Shown here: piece after piece, positions 41,778 through 47,586 of the stretch
Layout: each line of letters begins with the position of its first letter
Numbering within the stretch: the first letter of the stretch is position 1
Notes under the pieces: model-generated
Told to the model about the DNA's origin: nothing
Database searches by the model: none
The model's input: the letters and a program-made list of their open reading frames with translations, nothing else
Assembly (NCBI GenBank): GCA_964440965.1
Contig: CAYYKQ010000002.1
Location: 1 to 47,586, forward strand
Origin: an uncultured Anaerolineae bacterium
GTDB taxonomy: Bacteria; Chloroflexota; Anaerolineae; CAYYKQ01
Reading direction: 5' to 3'
DNA length: 47,586 nucleotides
Made by a program: the position numbers and the translations under genes

Positions 41778-43538
41778 TTAATTCGTTACTCGTTCGTTGA
41801 CCGAGCCCTCCAGTCTCTCCCTGTCCCTCCTCGCCTGTTCCGCCATTGGGCTGCCCAGTTGCTGGAAGAGCGCCTCGGCCTGTCTGATGAGCGCCAGCGC
41901 TTTGGTAAGATTGCCCAATTGTTCCTCCAATAAAGCCATTTGAGCAAGGGTAATGGCGATTCCGCTTTTGTTTCCCAGCTCCTCCTCGATCTTCAGGCTC
42001 TCCTGGTATAGCCTCCTGGCCTCGGCGTAGTCGCCCACGTCCTGGGCCAGCATCCCCAGTTGGTGCAGGACAGCGGCTTGCTCCTTCTTTGCCCCTAACC
42101 CCTCGAAAGCCTTCAGGCTCTCCTGGTATAGCCTCCTAGCCTCAGCATAGTCTCCTGTGTCCTGGGCCAGCACCCCCAGTTGGTGCAAGACGCCAGCCAT
42201 ACTCTTCTTATCGCCTAGCTCCTTAAAGGCAGCTAAAGCTTCTTGGTATTGGTTATTGGCCTCCTCGTAATCACCTTGCTCATGAGCAATAGTCCCTAAA
42301 TTCCAAGTGGTGATGGCGATGCCGCTTTTGTCCCCAAGCTCCTCAGCTATCTTCAGGCTCTCCTGGTAGAGCCTCCTGGCCTCGGCATAGTCGCCCGTGT
42401 CCTGGGCGAGCATCCCCAGTTGGTGCAAGGTGCTGGCGATGCCGCTTTTGTCTCCCAGCTCCTCTTCGATCTTCAGGCTCTCCTGGTAAAGCCTCCTGGC
42501 CTCGGCGTAGTCGCCTTGATCTTGGGCGATAGCAGCCAAGTTGTGCAAGGTGCTGGCGATGCCGCCCTTGTCGCCCAGCTCCTCCTTAATCCTCAGGCTC
42601 TGCTGGTATAGCCTCCTGGCCTCGGCGTAGTCACCGGTGGCTTGGGCCAGCATCCCCAGTTGGTGCAGGACAGCGGCTTGCTCCTTCTTTGCCCCTAACC
42701 CCTCGAAAGCCTTCAGGCTCTCCTGGTAGAGCCTCCTGGCCTCAGCGTAGTCTCCCTGGACATAGGCCACGTTGCCCAGTTGGTGCAGCACGCCGGCCAC
42801 CCGGCCCTCCTCCCCCAGCTTCTCGAAGATGGAAAGGGCCTCTTCGTAGCAGCGCCTCGCTTCCCCATATTCGCCCAGTTCATAATGCACCATCCCCGCC
42901 TTCCACAGGGTATCCCCCTTTATCCTCTCCTCCCGCTCGCCGGGGGGAAGCTCCGCCAGGTCCTCCAGGAGCCCTCTGAGGATGTGCAGCCTCTCCCGCT
43001 TGGCCTCCAGGGGGAGGCTCGCCGTCTCCCCCGCGTAGACGGCCTGCACGGCCACCGCTTCCATCACCTCTCGTTCGGGCACGAACTCGTAGACGCCGCT
43101 GCGCCAGGCCCAGAAGTCGGGCGCCTCGCGGGCCAGGCGAGTGACCGCATAGTCCGGAAGCCAGAGGACGAAGGGGTGGGGGAATTCGCGGGGGTAAAGC
43201 TCGCGGGAGAAGTTCAGCGCCTCCAGTGCCGGGGCCGGGCCCTCCGAGGGGATGGAATGCTCGAAGCCGTAGACGAAGATGGCCTGCCTCTGGTCGGTAA
43301 GTGGCAGCCGCTTCCTTAGCTCCTCCCGCAGGCTCCTCACCGGGCCATCCAGCTCCACCTCCACTATGGCCACCTCCCCGGCCAGCATCCTCCGCAGGCG
43401 CTCCGCCAGCAGACGGCGCTGGACGGGCTGGTTGCACTTGACGATGCCCAGCCGGAAGCCTCGGGCCAGCTTGATGAGCTGGGCCAACTCCAGCAACCTC
43501 ACCTCGTTCTCCAGGCTAATGGGCGATTCCTCTCTCAC
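41778..43538 (-). CDS. ~205-aa N-terminal domain of unknown function + nine 40-aa TPR units
   Basis: 586 aa. The N-domain lacks a P-loop (FRLGIVKCNQPVQRRLLAERL, AIFVYGFEHS, FPHPFVLWLPDYAVTRLAREAPDFWAWRSG). TPR units follow the form GDYAEARRLYQESLKIxEELGDKSGIAxTLHQLGMLAQDT. GTG start with SD AAGGAGG 9 nt upstream, inside the preceding gene. Confidence 0.85.
   Translation of the reverse strand: MREESPISLENEVRLLELAQLIKLARGFRLGIVKCNQPVQRRLLAERLRRMLAGEVAIVEVELDGPVRSLREELRKRLPLTDQRQAIFVYGFEHSIPSEGPAPALEALNFSRELYPREFPHPFVLWLPDYAVTRLAREAPDFWAWRSGVYEFVPEREVMEAVAVQAVYAGETASLPLEAKRERLHILRGLLEDLAELPPGEREERIKGDTLWKAGMVHYELGEYGEARRCYEEALSIFEKLGEEGRVAGVLHQLGNVAYVQGDYAEARRLYQESLKAFEGLGAKKEQAAVLHQLGMLAQATGDYAEARRLYQQSLRIKEELGDKGGIASTLHNLAAIAQDQGDYAEARRLYQESLKIEEELGDKSGIASTLHQLGMLAQDTGDYAEARRLYQESLKIAEELGDKSGIAITTWNLGTIAHEQGDYEEANNQYQEALAAFKELGDKKSMAGVLHQLGVLAQDTGDYAEARRLYQESLKAFEGLGAKKEQAAVLHQLGMLAQDVGDYAEARRLYQESLKIEEELGNKSGIAITLAQMALLEEQLGNLTKALALIRQAEALFQQLGSPMAEQARRDRERLEGSVNERVTN
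41830..42910 (-). repeat. in-frame 120-bp periodic coding repeat (TPR array) with an 86-nt perfect duplicate at 600-bp distance
   Basis: cttcaggctctcctggta... recurs at 41991, 42111, 42351, 42471 and 42711, and with one change (cctcaggctctgctggta) at 42591. 42043..42128 is identical to 42643..42728. Confidence 0.85.
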
Positions 43539-44871
43539 GCTCCCAGGCCTCCTTGAACTCCCTCAATTCCAGGACAGCAGGGTGCACGTCGCACCACCGC
43601 TCTCCGTCGAGATACTCCAGCACGCTCAAGTTGTAGAGCATCGCCTGATGCTCGGCGTCGTTCTTAACTCGCTTCTCCCGGTGCACCCTGGCCAGGAGGG
43701 GGAAGTGTTCGTCGGGCACCATCCGCCCATATTCGTTTACCAGCCGCTGGAAAGCTCCTTCGGCGATGGCTTTCTCGATGGGCAACTTGCCGCCCCTGGC
43801 TGAGGCCATCTCGATGGTGTAGCCCAGGAGACGGATGAAGTCCCGTATCATCCCCCCGCTTTTCGCAGCCAGGTACTCCACCACGCCGGGGGCGAATAGC
43901 CTTTCCACGTCGATGCGCTTCTCGGCCACCTCCCGCAAAATCGCTATCCCCTCTTCGCAGAGACGACCGTCCTCCTCTTGCACCTTGATCATGGGCAGGA
44001 TGAAGTGCTTGGGGAAGGCTCCCGTGAGCTGAGTGGCCTTAAGAGAATAAAACATGGAGATGGGCACGGTATAAATGATGTGCGCGTCGAGGGCCTTGAG
44101 CTGATCGGCATGCTCCAGGTAGACGGCGTCGTGGGAGGTTCTCCCCGTCCTCTCGTCCAGCACCCGCAGGGCAATGCGGTCCAGATTGTCTATGAGGATG
44201 ACTAGGTCCTTCCAGCCCTTTCTCTTCAGGTCGGTGAGGGCGCTGTGGATGAAGAGGTTCGCCCGCTCCAAGAGCTGCGAGATCTGAGGGTCCAGCTTGA
44301 GGCGAACCTCCCGCCTCACCTCGCGGCCGGTCTTGATGTGTCCCGTCAGCCGGGCCAGCATCTTGGCGATGAGAGGCAGCGGGGCCATGGCCCCAAGGCC
44401 GAACTCCGCCTCCAGAATCCGCTCCACCTCCCTCTCGTCCGTCCACCCGTAGACCACCTCGGCGAACCAGAGGAGGATGCTCCTCACCAACTCAGGGTCT
44501 ACTTCGATGCCCTCCTCGGCCAGGGCCCGCTCCAGGCGCTTGATGATGGAAAGGAGCACGTCGGTGTATTCCACGTCGCCGACGTCGATATCCTCATCGG
44601 CGGCGAAGTAGATGACGAAATAGCCTTTGTCCCGCAGGCGCCGGGCCAGGCGGAGGAGCTCGGTGGATTTGCCGCAGCCACGGTGACCGCTCAGGAGCTG
44701 GTGGATAGGCTGCTTGGCCACCTCGATGCGCCAACCCATCACCTCATCGAGCCTGGCATCGGGGCCACCCCGCACCTGGGCGCAATCCACATAGCGTGGG
44801 TCGCCGCTTTCCAAGGGAAAAAGCTCCACGGCTGCGTAGGCTTCTTCAAGAGTAGTTGCCGGAACCTCCAT
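43516..44871 (-). CDS. soluble P-loop NTPase (STAND/AAA-like), partner of the TPR protein
   Basis: 451 aa. Walker A LSGHRGCGKSTELLRL. Walker-B-like DLVILIDNLD ~160 aa downstream. Helical C-terminal half. SD AGGAGG lies 6 nt before ATG 44871. Its 3' end overlaps the TPR gene by 23 nt. Confidence 0.75.
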   Translation of the reverse strand: MEVPATTLEEAYAAVELFPLESGDPRYVDCAQVRGGPDARLDEVMGWRIEVAKQPIHQLLSGHRGCGKSTELLRLARRLRDKGYFVIYFAADEDIDVGDVEYTDVLLSIIKRLERALAEEGIEVDPELVRSILLWFAEVVYGWTDEREVERILEAEFGLGAMAPLPLIAKMLARLTGHIKTGREVRREVRLKLDPQISQLLERANLFIHSALTDLKRKGWKDLVILIDNLDRIALRVLDERTGRTSHDAVYLEHADQLKALDAHIIYTVPISMFYSLKATQLTGAFPKHFILPMIKVQEEDGRLCEEGIAILREVAEKRIDVERLFAPGVVEYLAAKSGGMIRDFIRLLGYTIEMASARGGKLPIEKAIAEGAFQRLVNEYGRMVPDEHFPLLARVHREKRVKNDAEHQAMLYNLSVLEYLDGERWCDVHPAVLELREFKEAWERERGIAH

Positions 44872-44898
44872 TATCGCCTCCTGGGCTTCCCAACCCTG

Positions 44899-44927
44899 AT
44901 TTTACGATGGCCCCTATCGGCTGTCAA
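44899..44927 (-). promoter_or_regulatory. near-consensus sigma70 promoter of the NTPase/TPR pair
   Basis: Minus strand reads TTGACA (44927..44922), 17 nt, TAAAAT (44904..44899). Confidence 0.6.
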
Positions 44928-45004
44928 ATGGCTTGGGCGCAGCATCTTCTCGACTCCATCCACCTGTCCTAGGATGAAGCGGCCCAGCTCATCGGGTATT
45001 CGCC

Positions 45005-45628
45005 TCACGTCCCAAATTGGCGATCCCCAGCGTCGCCCAGGCCGGGCACGATGTAGCCGATCCCGTTGAGGCGGTCGTCGACGACGGCCACGTGGATGTC
45101 CACGTCGGGGTGGGCATTGGAGAGATGCTCGATCCCCTCAGGGGCAGCGATGATGCCCACGAACTTGATGCGGCCCACCCCGCTCCCTTTGAGGATATCC
45201 ACCGCAGCCACCGCAGAGCCTCCTGTGGCCAACATGGGATCGAGGATAAAAGCGATGTCCGCCGCGGGCTTCCGGGGGACACTGGTGTAATACTCGATGG
45301 GCCTGAGCGTTCTCTCATCCCGATAGAGGCCGATATGCCAGACCTGAGCTGTGGGGATGAGCTCCAGGGCCGGAGCCACCATCCCCAGGCCAGCCCGCAG
45401 GATAGGGGCGAAGGCGATCCTCTCCTTCAACACCTGCCCCACCGCGTCCCCCATGGGAGAGGTAACTGGCCTCTCCCGCAAGGCCAAATCCCTCGTCGCC
45501 TCGTAGAGGAGGAGCCAGGTCATCTCCCTCAGCAGCTCCCTGAAGCGCTTGGGCTCGGTGTCCACATCACGCAGAAGGGTGAGCTTGTGCTGGATCAGGG
45601 GATGGTTAGATATGAAGAGATTGGCCAT
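45005..45628 (-). CDS. upp: uracil phosphoribosyltransferase
   Basis: [56 protein letters not shown]. Start refined to ATG 45628 (SD AAGGGAGG 5 nt upstream). Confidence 0.93.
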   Translation of the reverse strand: MANLFISNHPLIQHKLTLLRDVDTEPKRFRELLREMTWLLLYEATRDLALRERPVTSPMGDAVGQVLKERIAFAPILRAGLGMVAPALELIPTAQVWHIGLYRDERTLRPIEYYTSVPRKPAADIAFILDPMLATGGSAVAAVDILKGSGVGRIKFVGIIAAPEGIEHLSNAHPDVDIHVAVVDDRLNGIGYIVPGLGDAGDRQFGT

Positions 45629-45655
45629 CAGACCTCCCTTAGGCCCGATGGGCCG

Positions 45656-45703
45656 ATAAAGAACGAGGCAACGAGCACCCTTTCCCTCATCACTCGTTGC
45701 CTC
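45656..45703 (-). terminator. intrinsic terminator candidate after the oxidoreductase beta gene
   Basis: Perfect 11-bp stem GAGGCAACGAG (45665..45675) / CTCGTTGCCTC (45693..45703) with a 17-nt loop. On the minus strand it is followed by GTTCTTTATC. Confidence 0.5.
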
Positions 45704-45731
45704 ATCGCCCATCGTTCATCGCCCCTCGCTT

Positions 45732-46661
45732 TCACTTCTCCCCGCAGCGTTCCAGCAGCCTCTCCCATCTTCGATCCACTTCAGCCTGTATCTCATCGAT
45801 GAGGTGCTCGAACTTGGGGGTGAAGAGGTGGCGGAAACGCCCCTGCTTTTCCAGCCATTCCCTCACTGGCCTCTTCTCCCGCGGCCTGTAGGTGAGGTGC
45901 CACTCGCCGTCCTTCACCTCGTAGAGGGGCCAGAAGCAGGTCTGCACAGCCAGCCTGGCGATCTCGATGGTCTCGTTGGTGTCGTGCCGCCATCCGCGGG
46001 GGCAGGGGGCAAGGACGTTGATGAAGGCCGGGCCGTCGGCGGCGATGGCCTTCCTCGTCTTCTCCATCAGGTCGCGCCAATGGCTCGGCGAAGCCTGGGC
46101 CACGTAGGGGATGTTGTGGGCGGCGAAGATCTCGGTGAGGGGCTTGCGCCACTGGACCTTGCCAGGGATGACCGTGCCCGCAGGAGAGGTGGTGGTGTGG
46201 GCACCCATAGGGGTGGCGCTGGAGCGTTGGATGCCGGTGTTCATATAGGCCTCGTTGTCCAGGCAGACATAAAGGATCTTATGGCCGCGCTCGAAGCAGC
46301 CGGAGATCCACTGCAGGCCAATGTCGTAGGTGGCCCCGTCACCGCCGAAGGCGATGAACTTCAAACCCCTATCCTCTATCTTACCCTGACGCACTAAGGA
46401 GCGATACATCGCCTCGGCTCCGGCGATGGTAGAGGATGCGTTCTCGAACAGGCTGTGGATCCAGGGCACCCGCCAGGACGAAAACGGGTACATGGAAGTG
46501 CCCACCTCTAAGCAGCCGGTGGCGGCGGAGACCACAACCGGCTCATCTATGGCATTGAGCACCTGGCGTACGATGATGGATTCGGCGCAGCCAGCGCAGA
46601 GGCGGTGTCCGGAAACCAGCTTCTCCTCCTTACCAGCGATCTCCTTCAATTTGATGGCCAT
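45732..46661 (-). CDS. 2-oxoacid (pyruvate-type):ferredoxin oxidoreductase, beta (TPP-binding) subunit, PorB-like
   Basis: 309 aa. SGHRLCAGCAE, FGGDGATYDIGLQ, CLDNEAYMNTGIQ. Confidence 0.85.
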   Translation of the reverse strand: MAIKLKEIAGKEEKLVSGHRLCAGCAESIIVRQVLNAIDEPVVVSAATGCLEVGTSMYPFSSWRVPWIHSLFENASSTIAGAEAMYRSLVRQGKIEDRGLKFIAFGGDGATYDIGLQWISGCFERGHKILYVCLDNEAYMNTGIQRSSATPMGAHTTTSPAGTVIPGKVQWRKPLTEIFAAHNIPYVAQASPSHWRDLMEKTRKAIAADGPAFINVLAPCPRGWRHDTNETIEIARLAVQTCFWPLYEVKDGEWHLTYRPREKRPVREWLEKQGRFRHLFTPKFEHLIDEIQAEVDRRWERLLERCGEK

Positions 46662-46726
46662 TTCGTTCCTCCTAAAACCGATAAGGACCCGTAGGATCTC
46701 GATGGCTATGAGTTCCCGCGAGACCT

Positions 46727-47586
46727 CTATTCCCTAAGTCCCAGATAATCGACCATTTGCTTGACCTTGCCCGTCTCCGCTATCTCGGCCAGGTCACGGG
46801 CCACCTTCTCGATGTGGGCGGGGACGATATCGCGGCCACCGAGGCCGAAGATGTAGTCCACAACCTTCGTTGTGGTGTTGCCGGCGGCGAAGAGGGCAGC
46901 GCAAAGCTCCAGATATATCGGCCCTGCGCCAAGTCCGTTCATCGACCCGAAGGCGATCGAGCGGTCCAGCACCCCCACCGCCTTGGTATGGGCAAGGGCC
47001 TCGGCGAGCTCCTCCGCAGGGAAGGGGCGGAAGACGCGCGGCTTGACGAGGCCGATCTTCACCCCCTTCTCCCGCAGCCCCCTCACCACCACCCTGGCCG
47101 TGCCCGCGGTGGAAGAGAGGACGACGATGGCCATCTCCGCATCCTCCATCCCGTAGGTGTCCAAGATGCCGTACTCCCGCCCCGTCAACCTGCCGTATTC
47201 CTCGCCCACCTCCACGATGACCGGCATCGCCTTGGAGAGGGCATCGGTCTGCTGGCGCTTGTGCTCGAAGTAGAAATTGTACATGTCCCAAGTGCCGTAG
47301 GTGGCAGGGTTGTCCACGTCGAGCAGGGAGTGCTTGGGCTTATACTCGCCTATGAACTCCTTGACCGCCCCGTCCTCGAGGACCTCCACCCTCTCCACGC
47401 CATGGCCGGTGATGAAGCCGTCCTGCATGACCATCACCGGCAGCGAGAGGCGTTCGGCGATGCGCACCGCCTGGATGACGTTGTCGTAGGCCTCCTGAGG
47501 GTTCTCGGAATAGAGCTGGATCCAACCAGCGTCTCGGGCCATCATGGAGTCGGAATGGTCGCAGTGGATGTTGAGGGGGGCAGAGA
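46727..47586 (-). CDS. 2-oxoacid:ferredoxin oxidoreductase, alpha subunit, PorA-like; N-terminus lies beyond the right window edge
   Basis: The frame stays open upstream of the track's Met 47545 to the window end (SAPLNIHCDHSDSMMARDAGWIQLYSENPQEAYD). This is the usual internal region of alpha subunits, so the gene is 5'-truncated by the window. Confidence 0.8.
   Translation of the reverse strand, partial: SAPLNIHCDHSDSMMARDAGWIQLYSENPQEAYDNVIQAVRIAERLSLPVMVMQDGFITGHGVERVEVLEDGAVKEFIGEYKPKHSLLDVDNPATYGTWDMYNFYFEHKRQQTDALSKAMPVIVEVGEEYGRLTGREYGILDTYGMEDAEMAIVVLSSTAGTARVVVRGLREKGVKIGLVKPRVFRPFPAEELAEALAHTKAVGVLDRSIAFGSMNGLGAGPIYLELCAALFAAGNTTTKVVDYIFGLGGRDIVPAHIEKVARDLAEIAETGKVKQMVDYLGLRE

Noticed and set aside
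41830-42910. Regularly spaced 120-bp direct repeats that could superficially suggest a CRISPR-like or satellite array
   Set aside because: The period is an exact multiple of 3 and lies inside one long ORF. There are no unique spacers, and the units translate into canonical 40-aa TPR helices. It is a coding repeat.
45629-45712. 28-codon N-terminal extension of upp
   Set aside because: The extension contains the 11-bp-stem hairpin (45665..45703) that looks like the upstream gene's terminator. ATG 45628 has a strong SD (AAGGGAGG) and gives the canonical [11 protein letters not shown] start.

Overview
47,586-bp bacterial window with mixed base composition. Hand counts of single 60-nt lines range from 19/60 G+C inside 12376..14019 to 43/60 inside the P-type ATPase gene. 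I see no rRNA, tRNA, CRISPR array, transposase or integrase. Left to right: (i) an edge-truncated secreted parallel beta-helix protein gene on the minus strand, absent from the ORF track. (ii) A translationally coupled 76-aa + 234-aa cassette whose larger product has a clan-CD-peptidase-like His/Cys arrangement. (iii) A lipoprotein with a degenerate metallophosphoesterase fold, interrupted by one in-frame TGA (selenocysteine candidate or pseudogene). (iv) A ~22-kb co-directional envelope-glycan locus (4001..26359). It holds GT4/GT2 transferases, a Wzm/Wzt-type ABC exporter with a lamin-tail-domain protein between its two subunits, a 1011-aa methyltransferase/coiled-coil/GT2/GT-B fusion, two GT-C-type membrane glycosyltransferases (one fused to a clan GH-A hydrolase), a polyprenyl-phosphate sugar synthase and a UGM-like flavoprotein-GT2 fusion. 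(v) A secreted 4 x ~105-aa repeat protein behind a consensus promoter, plus a small lipoprotein. (vi) A membrane-anchored LuxR-HTH/Kelch-propeller regulator divergent from a third GT-C + GT2 pair. (vii) Housekeeping genes: thiolase, M20 peptidase, Ca-type P-type ATPase, M50-like peptidase, mgsA, a WecA/TagO-like transferase, upp and 2-oxoacid:ferredoxin oxidoreductase beta and alpha (partial). (viii) Between the WecA-like gene and upp, a self-contained P-loop NTPase + TPR-array gene pair with its own promoter and terminator-like hairpin. I rate this pair the best candidate for an undescribed split STAND-like signalling or conflict system. A short extracytoplasmic motif [YF]LPL[IV][ILV]K[NH] recurs in three glycan-locus proteins. 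Ten intergenic sigma70-type promoters (TTGACx-17/18-TAnAAT) were found by eye and used to correct several start codons. All functional calls come from motif recognition by eye; no database search or folding program was available.
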